Assembly (NCBI GenBank): GCA_965224245.1
Contig: OZ245046.1
Coordinates: forward strand, 4,512,001 to 4,576,000
Length of the DNA stretch: 64,000 bases
DNA from: Candidatus Eiseniibacteriota bacterium
GTDB taxonomy: Bacteria > Eisenbacteria > RBG-16-71-46 > CAZAMP01
Reading direction: 5' to 3'
Below are positions 1 through 11,600 of the stretch, piece by piece (the first letter of the stretch is position 1; each line of letters starts with the position of its first letter). The notes under the pieces were generated by a model that was given only the letters and a program-made list of their open reading frames with translations, made no database searches and had not been told where the DNA came from. The translations under genes and the position numbers were made by a program.

Positions 1-1
1 T

Positions 2-1774
2 TCGATTCTCGACATGCGCCTGCTGTTCGACGGCATCCCGCTCGATCGCATGAGCGTCTCGATGACCATGAACGGGGCCGTGCTGCCCGTTCTCGCGCTC
101 TTCATCGTGGCCGCCGAGGAGAGCGGCGTGGACCGGCGCGAGCTCACGGGGACGATCCAGAACGACATCCTCAAGGAGTTCATGGTCCGCAACACGTACA
201 TCTATCCCCCCGAGCCGAGCATGCGCATCGTGGCCGACATCTTCCGCTACACGTCCGAGCACATGCCCCGCTTCAACTCGATCAGCGTGTCCGGGTATCA
301 CATGCAGGAGGCCGGGGCCACCGCGGACATCGAGCTGGCGTACACGCTGGCGGACGGGCTGGAGTACGTGCGCGCCGGCGTGGACGCCGGGCTGGCGGTC
401 GATGCGTTCGCGCCGCGGATCTCGTTCTTCTGGGCCGTCGGCATGAGCTTCTTCATGGAGGTCGCGAAGCTCCGCGCGGCCCGGCTCCTGTGGGCCGAGC
501 TGATCGCGCCGTTCGAGCCAGGGAACCCGAAGTCGATGTCGCTGCGCACGCACTGCCAGACGTCGGGGTGGAGCCTCGCGGCCCAGGATCCCTACAACAA
601 CGTCGCGCGCACGTGCATCGAGGCGCTGGCCGCCGCGCACGGCCACACGCAGTCGCTCCACACGAACTCGCTCGACGAGGCGCTCGCGCTGCCGACCGAC
701 TTCTCGGCCCGGATCGCCCGCAACACGCAGCTCGTCATCCAGCACGAGAGCGGAACGTGCCGCACGATCGATCCCTGGGGCGGCAGCTACTACGTCGAAC
801 GGCTCACGCACGACCTGGCCGAGCGCGCGCGGGTTCATCTGCGCGAGATCGAGGAGCTCGGCGGCATGGCGCGCGCCATCGAGACGGGGCTGCCCAAGAT
901 GCGGATCGAGGAGGCCGCGGCCCGCACCCAGGCGCGGATCGACTCGGGCCGGCAGACGATCATCGGCGTCAACGCGAACCGCCTCGCGGACGAGCCGCCG
1001 CTGGACATCCTCAAGGTGGACAACTCGGCGGTCCTCGCCTCGCAGCTCGCCCGGCTCACCGAGCTGAGACGATCGCGCGACGACGGGGCGGTCACGGACG
1101 CGCTCGCGCGGCTGGAGCGCGTCGCGGCCGGCGGCGACGGCAACCTCCTCGACGCGACCGTCGGCGCGGCCCGCGCGCGGGCCACGGTGGGCGAGATGAG
1201 CGCCGCCCTCGAGCGCGTGTGGGGACGTCACGAGGCCAGGATCCAGTCAATCTCGGGGGTCTACAGTGGTGAGATCGGCGACATGAACGCGGACGTCGCG
1301 CGCGTGCGCGAGCTGACCCGGGCCTTCGAGGCCGCGCACGGCCGCCGCCCGCGCATCCTGGTGGCGAAGATGGGCCAGGACGGACACGATCGCGGACAGA
1401 AGGTGATCGCGACCGCGTTCGCGGATCTGGGCTTCGACGTGGACGTGGGGCCACTGTTCCAGACGCCCGAGGAGACCGCGCGGCAGGCGGTCGAGAACGA
1501 CGTGCACATCGTCGGCGTCAGCTCGCTCGCGGCGGGACACCTGACGCTGGTGCCCGAGCTGAAGGCCGCGCTGACGGCACTCGGTCGCGACGACATCGTG
1601 ATCGTGGCCGGGGGCGTGATCCCGCCGCAGGATCACGAGGCGCTCCGGGCCGCCGGCGCCGCCGCGGTGTTCGGCCCGGGAACCGTCATCGCGACCGCGG
1701 CCGCCGAGCTGATCGCGGCGCTCGACCCCGACCTCGGCGCGCGCGGCGGCGGTCGTCCCGGCTCCGGCACATGA
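2..1774 (+). CDS. scpA: Methylmalonyl-CoA mutase, B12-dependent catalytic subunit (5'-truncated by window edge)
   Basis: The frame is open from base 2 ([14 protein letters not shown]). Motifs: [36 protein letters not shown], and the B12-binding [10 protein letters not shown] (DxHxxG). Overlaps meaB by ATGA. Confidence 0.96.
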   Translation, partial: SILDMRLLFDGIPLDRMSVSMTMNGAVLPVLALFIVAAEESGVDRRELTGTIQNDILKEFMVRNTYIYPPEPSMRIVADIFRYTSEHMPRFNSISVSGYHMQEAGATADIELAYTLADGLEYVRAGVDAGLAVDAFAPRISFFWAVGMSFFMEVAKLRAARLLWAELIAPFEPGNPKSMSLRTHCQTSGWSLAAQDPYNNVARTCIEALAAAHGHTQSLHTNSLDEALALPTDFSARIARNTQLVIQHESGTCRTIDPWGGSYYVERLTHDLAERARVHLREIEELGGMARAIETGLPKMRIEEAAARTQARIDSGRQTIIGVNANRLADEPPLDILKVDNSAVLASQLARLTELRRSRDDGAVTDALARLERVAAGGDGNLLDATVGAARARATVGEMSAALERVWGRHEARIQSISGVYSGEIGDMNADVARVRELTRAFEAAHGRRPRILVAKMGQDGHDRGQKVIATAFADLGFDVDVGPLFQTPEETARQAVENDVHIVGVSSLAAGHLTLVPELKAALTALGRDDIVIVAGGVIPPQDHEALRAAGAAAVFGPGTVIATAAAELIAALDPDLGARGGGRPGSGT

Positions 1775-2778
1775 CGCGGCGTCGAGACTCCCCGGACGTG
1801 GACGCGCTGGTGCGCGCGGTGCGTGACGGCGATCGCGCCGCGCTGGGCCGCGCCATCACCCTCGTCGAGAGCACGCTGGCCGGGGATCAGTCGCTCGCCG
1901 AGGCGCTCCTGTCCGAGCTGCAGCCGCACACGGGCAAGTCGGTACGCGTCGGGATCACCGGGATTCCCGGCGTGGGCAAGAGCACGCTGATCGAGTCGCT
2001 CGGCCGCCACCTGATCGACACGGGGCATCGCGTGGCCGTGCTCGCGGTGGATCCGACCAGCGGCGTCTCGGGCGGCAGCATCCTCGGGGACAAGACACGC
2101 ATGACCGAGCTCGCGCGCGACGACGCGGCGTTCATCCGACCATCGCCGAGCGCGGGCACCCTCGGAGGGGTCACGCGCGCCACGCGCGAGTCCGTGCACG
2201 TGTGCGAGGCGGCCGGGTACGACGTGATCCTGGTCGAGACGGTCGGCGTCGGGCAGTCCGAGGTCGAGGTCTCGCACATGGTCGACGTGTTCCTGCTTCT
2301 CCTCCAGCCGAGCGCGGGCGACGAGCTCCAGGGGATCAAGCGCGGCATCCTGGAGCTGGCCGACGTGGTCGCGGTGAACAAGGCCGACGGGAAGCTCGAG
2401 ATGGCGGCCCGGCGAACGCGACAGGAGTACGAGACGGCGCTGCGGCTGATGAGGGGATCGGACGCGCCCAGGGTGGTCGCGATCAGCGCGACCACGGACA
2501 TCGGCGTGCCCGAGCTCTGGACGATGCTGACCGCCGTCGTGACGTCCCGCCGCGCGGCGGGTGCGTTCGACGAGCGGCGCCGACGGCAGCGCCTGCGCTG
2601 GATGTGGGCGCTCGTCGACGAGTCACGACGGCGAGAGGCGAGGACGCATCCGGTGGTGGTCGCGATGTCCAGTGATCTGGAGCGGGACGTCCTGGACGGC
2701 GATGTGATCCCGCTGGCGGCGGCCCGGCGGATTCTCGCGGCACTGTCGGCCGGGCCATCCACGAGCAGCGGCGACTAG
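1771..2778 (+). CDS. meaB: Methylmalonyl-CoA mutase-associated GTPase MeaB
   Basis: [13 protein letters not shown]-loop, [31 protein letters not shown]; coupled to the mutase gene. Confidence 0.95.
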   Translation: MTRRRDSPDVDALVRAVRDGDRAALGRAITLVESTLAGDQSLAEALLSELQPHTGKSVRVGITGIPGVGKSTLIESLGRHLIDTGHRVAVLAVDPTSGVSGGSILGDKTRMTELARDDAAFIRPSPSAGTLGGVTRATRESVHVCEAAGYDVILVETVGVGQSEVEVSHMVDVFLLLLQPSAGDELQGIKRGILELADVVAVNKADGKLEMAARRTRQEYETALRLMRGSDAPRVVAISATTDIGVPELWTMLTAVVTSRRAAGAFDERRRRQRLRWMWALVDESRRREARTHPVVVAMSSDLERDVLDGDVIPLAAARRILAALSAGPSTSSGD

Positions 2779-2843
2779 ATCGCCCTTCGCGTCGTCGAGT
2801 TTCCGAACGGGACGCTCCGCGGGTGGAGCTTCGCCGCGGCGGG

Positions 2844-3248
2844 TCAGCTCTCGGTCGGTGCCTCCGCCGAGAGCTCGCGGATCAGCGCCTTCTCCTTGCG
2901 GAGGAGAACGACCGTGTCGGTCAACGCGAGGGCCAGGATGACCCAGCCCAACCAGTTCCTCCACGTACCGGCGTCACCCGGTCGGACCCACAGCGTGTTC
3001 GACAGACCGATGATCCAGAACAGCACCGTTCGCAGGACGTGCCACACAGATCCGGCACCGCGGCTCGGATACATGAGGCGCACGAGCTGCACGAGGTTGA
3101 CGACGATCGCGGCGGCCACGACGGCGATGACGACCCAGTCGACCACGGCGCGATCGCCGGCACTGAGGTCCAGGACGAAGTACAGAACACCCGTGGCGAG
3201 AAGTGCGCGGACCAGGGGCGAGCCCTTCGGCGCGGGCGAACGCGACAT
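2844..3248 (-). CDS. Small hypothetical membrane protein (about 4 TM segments)
   Basis: GGAGGTG RBS precedes the ATG at 3248; four hydrophobic stretches. Confidence 0.65.
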   Translation of the reverse strand: MSRSPAPKGSPLVRALLATGVLYFVLDLSAGDRAVVDWVVIAVVAAAIVVNLVQLVRLMYPSRGAGSVWHVLRTVLFWIIGLSNTLWVRPGDAGTWRNWLGWVILALALTDTVVLLRKEKALIRELSAEAPTES

Positions 3249-3358
3249 CACCACCTCCCCGGCGGGACCGAGACGTGCATCGCCGTACGGTCGCCGGAGG
3301 GGTCGGGGTTCGTTTTGCCGGTCATCCGACCTCCGATCGCTCCGGTGCGACGAGCCGG

Positions 3359-3838
3359 TCACACGTCCTCAGGTGGATAGAGCGGCCACTTCTCCGAACG
3401 GCTGCGCTCGTAGATGATCGACGTCCGGATCGTCGCCACCTCCTCGCGGCGCGTGAACGCATCCATCGCCACCGCACGCAGGTGCTCGGCATCTCGCACG
3501 GCCACGTGTACGAGAAAGTCGTCGTCACCCGCGATGTGGTACACGCCGACCGCCTCGGGGAGCGTGCGCGCGTGCCGCCGGAACGCGTCGACGAACTCCC
3601 GCGAGTGACGGCGCAGACGCACCGCCACCATCGCCTGGAGTCCCACCCCCACCGACGCCGGGTCGATCTCCGCGTGAAAGCCCCGGAGCACACCCGATTC
3701 CCGGAGCCGCCGCACGCGCTCCAGGCACGTCGACGGCGCCAGCCCCACCCGCGCCGCCAGCTCCTTGTTGGACAGCCGTGCATTGTCCGAAAGAGCGGCG
3801 ATGATTCCGTAATCCGTTCGGTCCAGCTTCGTTTTCAT
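3359..3838 (-). CDS. Lrp/AsnC family transcriptional regulator (MdeR-like by position)
   Basis: LDRTD..II.AL..NARLSNKELAARVGLAPSTCLERVRRL HTH, and a C-terminal RAM domain (IAGDDDFLVHV). Divergent from the PLP enzyme. Alternative GTG start at 3844. Confidence 0.93.
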   Translation of the reverse strand: MKTKLDRTDYGIIAALSDNARLSNKELAARVGLAPSTCLERVRRLRESGVLRGFHAEIDPASVGVGLQAMVAVRLRRHSREFVDAFRRHARTLPEAVGVYHIAGDDDFLVHVAVRDAEHLRAVAMDAFTRREEVATIRTSIIYERSRSEKWPLYPPEDV

Positions 3839-3925
3839 GGCCACCTTCCGACTTCTATTCGGTGGATTGATCTCAGATCGGAATTATATCCTGATATCAG
3901 CGCCCACACCGAAAGGATCTCCGCC
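3839..3925. promoter_or_regulatory. Divergent AT-rich control region between the Lrp gene and the methionine gamma-lyase-like gene
   Basis: AT-rich island in GC-rich DNA, with palindromes GATCT-C-AGATC (3869-3879) and CTGATATCAG (3891-3900). Confidence 0.5.
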
Positions 3926-5194
3926 ATGCACGACCACCGCCGCACCAGTGCCGTCCATGCCGGTCGCGCGGACCTGAGGGACCTCGGCGTGCACGCGCCG
4001 CCGATCGATCTGTCCTCCACGTACCCGATCGACGACCTGGAGGCGGGCTCGGAGAGCCTGCTGAACCTGGCCCAGGGGCACCCGTGCCGGAAGGGCGCCG
4101 ATCCGATCTACCAGCGCCTGTGGAATCCGACCGTCGCGCGCTTCGAGGAGGGGCTCGCGCAGCTCGAGGGCGCCGAGGCCGCGGTCGCCTTCTCGTCGGG
4201 CATGGCGGCGCTGACCGCCGTGCTCCTCGCGGCACGCGCGCGCGGCAACCATGTCCTGGCGATCCGGCCGCTCTACGGCGGCTCCGATCATCTCCTGTCC
4301 TCGGACCTCCTCGGCATCGAGACCGAGTGGGTCACCCCCGAGGGCGTCGCGGACGCGGTCCGCGACGACACCGCGATCGTCATCCTGGAGACACCGGCGA
4401 ACCCGACGCTGGCGCTCGTCGACATCGCCGCCGTGGTGGCCTCCGCCGGGGACGTGCCGGTGCTCGTCGATTCGACCTTCGCCACGCCGATCCTTCAGCG
4501 TCCACTGCGGCGGGGTGCGGCGCTCGTTCTCCACAGTGCGACGAAGTTCCTCGGGGGACACGGCGACGTCGTGGGGGGTGTCGTGGCCGGGAGTGAGGCG
4601 TGGATGGCGCGCCTCCGGCAGGTGCGCGTGGCCACTGGCGGGATTCTGCACCCGATGGCCGGGTACCTCCTCCACCGCGGACTTCCGACGCTGCCGGTGC
4701 GCGTGGAGACCGCACAGTCCACCGCGCGCCGGCTCGCCGAGCGTCTCCTCGGACACTCCGACGTGACCGAGGTCTTCTACCCGGGACTCCTCCCCGCCTC
4801 GGACCCGCACGGCCTCATCGGAACGCAGATGGACGGACCGGGCGCGTTGATCGCGTTCACCGTTCGCGGGGGCCGGTACGCGGCGTGTCGCACGCTGTCG
4901 AACGTGCGCATCGCCACGCCGGCGGTCAGCCTGGGCTCGGTGGACACGCTGATCCAGCATCCGGCCGGGCTCACGCACGGCGTCGTGCCCGAGGAGGCCC
5001 GTGAAGCGCACGCGGTGTCCGAGTGCATGCTCCGCATATCGGTCGGACTCGAGGACGCCGACGATCTCTGGCAGGACCTCCGGGACGCGATCTCGCTCGC
5101 GCACTGCGCGCCGCACGACGTCCGTGCGCGGCCGGCGGGCGGCCGCCCGGAGGGCGAGCCATCGGGCTCGGGAGCGCCCGGCGAGCGGGTTTGA
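3926..5194 (+). CDS. Cys/Met metabolism PLP enzyme, probably methionine gamma-lyase
   Basis: YQRLWNPT, FSSGMAA, LYGGS, ETPANP, VDSTFATP, HSATKFLGGHGD (PLP lysine), AVSLGSVDTLIQHP, LRISVGLED. AAGGA RBS precedes the ATG at 3926. Confidence 0.85.
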   Translation: MHDHRRTSAVHAGRADLRDLGVHAPPIDLSSTYPIDDLEAGSESLLNLAQGHPCRKGADPIYQRLWNPTVARFEEGLAQLEGAEAAVAFSSGMAALTAVLLAARARGNHVLAIRPLYGGSDHLLSSDLLGIETEWVTPEGVADAVRDDTAIVILETPANPTLALVDIAAVVASAGDVPVLVDSTFATPILQRPLRRGAALVLHSATKFLGGHGDVVGGVVAGSEAWMARLRQVRVATGGILHPMAGYLLHRGLPTLPVRVETAQSTARRLAERLLGHSDVTEVFYPGLLPASDPHGLIGTQMDGPGALIAFTVRGGRYAACRTLSNVRIATPAVSLGSVDTLIQHPAGLTHGVVPEEAREAHAVSECMLRISVGLEDADDLWQDLRDAISLAHCAPHDVRARPAGGRPEGEPSGSGAPGERV

Positions 5195-5264
5195 CCGAGA
5201 CTCGGAGCGCGGAGCCACCTACACTTTCGCCGGCGCCCCGTCACGAGGATGGGGCGTTCGGCGC

Positions 5265-8200
5265 ATGTTCCTCCCCAAGCAGGTCGCTCTGCCGATGATC
5301 CACGTGCACATCGGATCGGGCACGCGCGCGCGCACGCACGAGGTCGTCTCGTTCGTCGCCGAGAGGGCGCGCGACGACGAGATGCTCCTGGTCGGCGGGA
5401 CGCGCGAGGCGGTCGATCAGATCGCGCACGACGTCACCGAGACGCACACGGCCACGTTCGGACTGGGTCGGTACAGCCTCTTGCAGCTCGCGTCGGTGCT
5501 GGCGACGCCCGTCCTGGTCGAGCGCGGTCTGGCGCCGGCCACGTCCCTGGGGATCGAGGCGGTCGCATCGCGCGTCGCGTTCGACGCGGCGGAGGCGGGT
5601 CTCACGCCGCGGCTGGAGCCGGTGCGGCGGTTTCCCGGGTTCGCCTCCGCGCTGGCCCGGACGCTGACCGAGCTCAGGCTGGCCCGAACGCCTCCGGACG
5701 CGCTCCGCGCGGCAGGGGACGACTCGGCCGAGATCGGGCTCCTTCTCGAGCGGTACGAGTCGGCACTCCGGGACGCGGGCGTCGTCGACCGCGCCGGCCT
5801 GCTCGCGCTGGCCACCGAGGCGATCCCCGAGACCGTGCCGTCCCGGGTGGCCTTCGTCGACGTCCCGATCGACTCGCGCGCCGTCCGCGACTTCGTGCGG
5901 GCGATCCTCGATCGCGCTCCCGACGCGATCGCGACGGTTCCGGTCGGCGATCGACCCACACGCCTCGCCTGGATGGCGATCGCACGGGATCTGCCGGTGG
6001 AGATCCACGACCAGGAGACCGACGAGGAGGACGCGGGCTCGACCACGCGCCTCGAGCAGCTCCGCCGCAACGTCTTCGCCGATGCCCCGCCGCACCGCAT
6101 CGAGTCCGCCATGATCGACGAGAGCGTCGAGTTCTTCTCCGCGCCCGGGGAGGGCCGCGAGTGCGTGGAGATCGCGCGGCGTCTCCTCGCCTGCGCGAAA
6201 GCGGGTACGCCGTTCGATCGGATGGCCGTCTTTCTCCGGAGCCCGGGCACCTACGCACCGCTCCTGGAGACGGCGCTCTCGCGCGCCGGGATCCCCGCGT
6301 ACTTCGATCGGGGCACCGCGCGGCCCGATCCGGCGGGACGGGCGTTCCTGGCGCTTCTGAGCTGCCGGGACGACAACCTCTCGGCCCGGCGCTTCGCCGA
6401 GTACCTGTCGTTCAGTCAGGTGCCGGCGCTGACGCCCGGTGGCGAGCCCCCGGGCGATCGCGACGTCTGGCGCGGCGCGACCGACGAGTCGCTGGGCCGG
6501 GCCGCGACCGCGGTGCAGCTCTCGCTTCTCGACGCGCTCGATCCCCCCTTGCCCGAGCCCGAGCCCGATCACGACGATGCCCCGGCGCTCGAGGGCGCGC
6601 TGCGCGCGCCGTGGAAGTGGGAGGAGTACCTCGTCGAAGCGGCCGTGATCGGCGGCGCCGATCGCTGGCGCGATCGGCTGGACGGTCTGGCCGCGGAGCT
6701 CGCGCGCAAGTGCGCGATCCTCCGCAAGGAGGACCCCAGCCGACCGATGCTCGCGGCGCTGGAGCGAGACGCGACGAACCTCGCCCATCTGAGGCGATTC
6801 GCGTTGCCCGTGATCGACACGCTGTCGCGACTGCCCGATCACGCCTCGTGGGGTCGGTGGCTGCGCGCACTCTCCACGCTCGCCCCCATGGTGCTGCGCC
6901 GGCCCGAACGCGTGCTGGCCGTGCTCGGCGAGCTGGAGCCCATGTCGCGCGTGGAGCCGGTGACGATCACCGAGGTGCGCGCGATCCTGCGCGAGCGCCT
7001 GTCCACGCTGGAGAGCGATCCGCCTCCCGAGCGCGCGGGACGCGTGTTCGTGTCCACCCCCGAGCGGGCGCGCGGACGCCACTTCGACGTTGTCTTCGTA
7101 CCGGGACTCGCCGAGCGCGTTTTCCCCGAGCGGCCGCGTGAGGACCCGCTCCTCGTCGACGTCGCGCGGGCGAAGCTGCAGTCCACCCCGGACGACGCCG
7201 GCGCGGCCGGTGATGGTGGCGCCGGCCGGGTCGAGCTCCGTACCCAGACCGATCGCGCTCTCACCGAGCGGCTGCAGCTCCTCTTGACCATCGGCGCCGC
7301 GAACGACGGCATCGTGTTCTCGTATCCCCGCATCGAGGTGGCCGAGGCGCGTCCGCGGGTCCCGTCGTTCTACGCGCTCGACGTGGCCAGGGCGGTCCAC
7401 GGTCACATCCCGAACCTCGACGTCCTCGAGCGCAGCGCGCGCAACGCCGCCGAGGCACGCCTCGTCTGGCCGGCACCGGTGCGCGCCGACAGCGCGATCG
7501 ATCCGGTCGAGCACGACCTGGCGGTACTGCAGCATCTCCTGTCGACCGATCATCGCAACGCCCGGCACGTCGTCGGGCGCGCGCGCTATCTCCTGGGCCT
7601 GAACGAGAGCCTCGCCCGATCGCTGCGCTCGCGGTACGTCCGGTGGCAGAGGAAGTCCTGGCTGCCGCAGGACGGCATCGTGCGCCGCACCGAGGCCACC
7701 GGCGACATGCTCGCGCGCTTCCGCCCGTCGGTGCACCCGTTCTCCACGACGGCGCTGCAGCGATACGCCCGGTGCCCGTATCAGTTCCTGCTCGCGTCCA
7801 TCCACCGGCTCGAGCCCCGGCCCGACGCGGCGCCGCTGGTCCGGATGGATCCCCTCACGCGGGGCGCGATCTATCACGACATCCAGGCCCGGGCGTATCG
7901 CGCGCTGGCCGAGTCCGACCTTCTGCCGGTGTCGCGTGCGAACCTGGAGACGGCCGAGGCCACGCTGAACGCCACGATCTCCGCCGTGGCCGCCCGCCAC
8001 CGCGAGGAGCTGTTCCCGGCGATCCCCAGGGTCTGGGACGACGAGATCGACTCGATCCGCGCCGACCTGCGCATCTGGCTCCGGCGCATGACCGACGAGA
8101 GCGCCGACTGGACGCCGCGGCACTTCGAGCTGGCGTTCGGCCTGCCGCGCGAGGTGCTCGACGGGGGGCACTACGATCCGGAGAGCTCGCCGTCGCCGGT

Positions 8201-8666
8201 GACGCTCCCGGGCGGCTGGAAGCTCAGGGGTGCGGTCGACGTGGTGGACGAGAGCACGCACGGCAACGCGCTCCGCGTGACCGACCACAAGACCGGACGC
8301 AACACCACGACGGCCGGATACATCGTCGGCCAGGGCGAGTCGCTTCAGCCGGTGCTCTACGGCCTCGCCATCGAGAACGTGCTGCGCCGGCCGGTGGCCT
8401 CGGCGCGGCTGTACTTCGCCACCGAGCGCGGCGGCTTCACCGAGCGCGAGGTGACCCTCGACGAGCGGGCCAAGCGCCACGGCATCGAGGTCTTCGAGAT
8501 CGTCGATCGCGCGGTGGTCAGCGGGACGATGCCCCCCGCGCCCCGAAAGGACGCCTGCGCCTGGTGTGACTTTCGACTGATCTGCGGACCGGACGAGGAG
8601 CGCCGCGTGCGCCGGAAGGACCCCGCGTTCCTCGACGACCTGCGCGAGCTGCGGTCACTGCCATGA
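5265..8666 (+). CDS. addB: AddB-like subunit: inactivated helicase region plus PD-(D/E)XK nuclease with 4-Cys iron staple
   Basis: RYARCPYQF, LRGAVDVVD..VTDHKTG..LQPVLY and CAWCDFRLIC. No intact Walker A. ATGA overlap with addA. Start could be 5295. Confidence 0.85.
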   Translation: MFLPKQVALPMIHVHIGSGTRARTHEVVSFVAERARDDEMLLVGGTREAVDQIAHDVTETHTATFGLGRYSLLQLASVLATPVLVERGLAPATSLGIEAVASRVAFDAAEAGLTPRLEPVRRFPGFASALARTLTELRLARTPPDALRAAGDDSAEIGLLLERYESALRDAGVVDRAGLLALATEAIPETVPSRVAFVDVPIDSRAVRDFVRAILDRAPDAIATVPVGDRPTRLAWMAIARDLPVEIHDQETDEEDAGSTTRLEQLRRNVFADAPPHRIESAMIDESVEFFSAPGEGRECVEIARRLLACAKAGTPFDRMAVFLRSPGTYAPLLETALSRAGIPAYFDRGTARPDPAGRAFLALLSCRDDNLSARRFAEYLSFSQVPALTPGGEPPGDRDVWRGATDESLGRAATAVQLSLLDALDPPLPEPEPDHDDAPALEGALRAPWKWEEYLVEAAVIGGADRWRDRLDGLAAELARKCAILRKEDPSRPMLAALERDATNLAHLRRFALPVIDTLSRLPDHASWGRWLRALSTLAPMVLRRPERVLAVLGELEPMSRVEPVTITEVRAILRERLSTLESDPPPERAGRVFVSTPERARGRHFDVVFVPGLAERVFPERPREDPLLVDVARAKLQSTPDDAGAAGDGGAGRVELRTQTDRALTERLQLLLTIGAANDGIVFSYPRIEVAEARPRVPSFYALDVARAVHGHIPNLDVLERSARNAAEARLVWPAPVRADSAIDPVEHDLAVLQHLLSTDHRNARHVVGRARYLLGLNESLARSLRSRYVRWQRKSWLPQDGIVRRTEATGDMLARFRPSVHPFSTTALQRYARCPYQFLLASIHRLEPRPDAAPLVRMDPLTRGAIYHDIQARAYRALAESDLLPVSRANLETAEATLNATISAVAARHREELFPAIPRVWDDEIDSIRADLRIWLRRMTDESADWTPRHFELAFGLPREVLDGGHYDPESSPSPVTLPGGWKLRGAVDVVDESTHGNALRVTDHKTGRNTTTAGYIVGQGESLQPVLYGLAIENVLRRPVASARLYFATERGGFTEREVTLDERAKRHGIEVFEIVDRAVVSGTMPPAPRKDACAWCDFRLICGPDEERRVRRKDPAFLDDLRELRSLP

Positions 8667-11600
8667 CGAACCACCCGCCACGCGAGCCCGAGCGGCTCGT
8701 CGATCAGGACGCCCGGGATCGGATCCAGAAGAGCCTCGACGAGACACTGATCGTCGAGGCGGCCGCGGGCACCGGCAAGACGACCGAGCTCGTCACGCGC
8801 ATCGTCGCGATGCTCGCGTCGGGGCGCGCCCGCGTGGACGGGCTGGCCGCCGTGACGTTCACCGAGAAGGCCGCGGGCGAGCTCAAGCTGCGTCTGCGTG
8901 CCAAGCTCGAGGAGGAGCGCCATGCCCTCGCCGAGCGGGCCGCCGGCGGCGGAGAGTCGGAAGCCGACCGCCACGCCAACCTCGAGGACGCGCTCGCACG
9001 GCTCGAGGAGGCCCGACTGGGCACGATCCACGGCTTCTGCGCGGATCTCCTCCGCGAACGATCGGTCGAGGCCCGCGTGGACCCCGAGTTCCAGACGATG
9101 ACCGAGCCCGAGGCCGAGCGTCTGTTTCGCGAGGCGTTCGACTCGTGGTTCCAGGAGCAGCTCCGCGATCCTCCCGAGGGTGTCCGGCGCGCGCTCCGCC
9201 GCGTGGCGTTCGAGCGACCGGGTGGGGGCAATCCGCTTGCGCGCCAGCGCCTGGCCGCCGACGGGGGGCCCATCGCGCGGCTCCGACAGGCGGGCTGGAC
9301 GCTCGCGAACTGGCGGGACTTCCCCGCCGACTGGCGTCTCGACTCGTTCCCCCGCGAGGAGCACGTCGACACGCTGGTGGCCGGGCTGCACGAGCTCGCC
9401 AGGAAGAGTGCGACGTCGTCCTATCCGGCACGCGACAAGTTCTTCCGCGACACGCAGGGCGTCCGCGATCTGAGCGAGCGGATCCGGACCGCGGAATCGG
9501 TTCGCGCCCGGGACTACGACGGCCTCGAGGCCCAGCTCGTGGCGGTTCTGGATCGGTCGCTGCGCTACGCGAAGAAGGGGCGCGGAAAGCAGTACGGCCC
9601 CGGGGTGACCTGGGACGAGGTGTGTGATCTCCACCAGCGATTCGTCGCCGCGCTGGAGGCGTTCGTCGAGCAGGCCGACGCGCACCTGGCGGCTTGCCTG
9701 CAGCGCGAGCTGCGCGACGCCGTCGAGCGGTACGACGTGCTGAAGTCGCGGCTGGGGCGACTCGACTTCGTGGATCTCCTGGTTCGCGCACGGGATCTGG
9801 TGCGCGACTCGGCCGGGGCGCGGCGCGACTATCAGCGTCAGTTCTCGCACGTCTTCATCGACGAGTTTCAGGACACCGATCCGCTCCAGGCCGAGATCCT
9901 GATGCTCCTGGCCGCCGACGATCCCGACGCCACCAGTTGGCGCGAGGTCACGCCCGTCCCCGGGAAGCTCTTCCTGGTCGGCGATCCGAAGCAGTCGATC
10001 TACCGCTTCCGGCGGGCCGACGTGGGAACCTATCTCGACGTGAAGGACATGCTCGTGGCACGGGGCGCGGTGGCGCTGACGCTGACCACGAGCTTCCGAT
10101 CGCTGCCGAGCATCCAGCGCGTCGTGAATCACGCGTTCGTGGAGTCGATGGACGGCGATCGCGACGCGCTCCAGGCCGACTACGTGCCGCTGTCGCCGTT
10201 CCGTGAGGACGTGACGTCGCGACCGACGATCGTCGCGCTGCCGGTGCCGAAGCCCACCAGCCAGTACGGGCGGGTGACGAAGGGAGCGATCGAGGCGTCG
10301 CTGCCCAACGCCGTCGGTGCGTTCGTGGAGTGGCTGGTGACCGAGAGCGGCTGGAAGGTCACCGAGCGGGACTCTCCGGCGCCGGTGCCGGTCCAGGCAC
10401 GACACGTGTGCATCCTCTTCCGGCGCTTCGACAGCTTCTACGCCGGCGACATCACCAAGGGCTACGTGCAGGCGCTCGAGTCCCGGGGTGTACGCCACCT
10501 CCTGGTCGGGGGACGCACGTTTCATCTGCGCGAGGAGATCGAGACCGTGCGGACCGCGCTCACCGCCATCGAGTGGCCCGACGACGAGCTGTCGATCTTC
10601 GGGACGCTCCGGGGCCCCCTCTTCGCGATCGGCGACGAGGAGCTGCTCCTGTGGCGACACGACCCCACGCGAAAGACCGCCCGCCGTCTCCATCCGTTCC
10701 GCGTGCCCGAGGCCGATGCGATCCCCGAGTCGCTCCATCCCATTCGCGAGGCGCTTCTGCTCCTCGCCGATCTGCACCGCGCCCGCAACGAGCGCCCCAT
10801 CGCCGAGACGATCTCGGTGCTGCTCGAGGCGACGCGGGCGCACGCCGGCTTCGCGCTCCAGCCGTCGGGCGAGCAGGTGCTGGCCAACGTGCTCTTCGTG
10901 GCCGAGCAGGCCCGGCGCTACGAGGGCTCCGGCGGCATCTCGTTCCGGGGCTTCGTCGACCAGCTCCTCGAGGACGCGGGCAGCGGGAAGGCCGCCGAGG
11001 CCCCCATCCTCGAGGACGACAGCGACGGCGTTCGACTGATGACCGTGCACAAGGCGAAGGGACTCGAGTTCCCGGTCGTCATCCTGGCCGACATCACGGC
11101 CAGCTTCGCCACCCAGCAGGCGAGCCGGTTCATCGACCCCGCGAGGGGGCTCTGTGCGGTGCGGGTGGCGGGCTGGAGCCCGCTCGATCTGATCGAGAAC
11201 CGGGGCGTCGAGCTGAAGCGTGACCAGGCCGAGAGCGTGCGGCTCGCGTACGTCGCCGCGACGCGCGCGCGGGATCTTCTCGTGGTCCCCACCATCGGGG
11301 AGGGTCCGGGCGCTCTCGGGCAGCTGGGTGAGGATCTCGCGCGGGCGGGCTGGGTGGCACCACTGATGCCGGCGCTGTATCCGCCCCGTCCGGCCTGGCA
11401 GCATGCCGGCCCCGCGCCCGCCTGTCCCCGGTTCGGCAAGGCCAGCGTCATCGACGACGATCCGACGAGCCCGGCCCCGGCCACCGTGTCACCGGGCCAG
11501 CACGAGATCGGCGAGTACCGCGTGACGTGGTGGGATCCGAAGCTGCTCGGCACCACCCCGCCGGTCGTGTTCGGCATCCGACGCGAGGATCTGATCAAGA

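Noticed and set aside
3203-3925. N-terminal extension of the PLP enzyme in the ORF track
   Set aside because: It runs antisense over the Lrp gene; homology and the RBS point to 3926.
5265-8666. Cas4-like or defence nuclease
   Set aside because: The 4-Cys nuclease belongs to an AddB-like subunit coupled to AddA; no cas genes or array are present.
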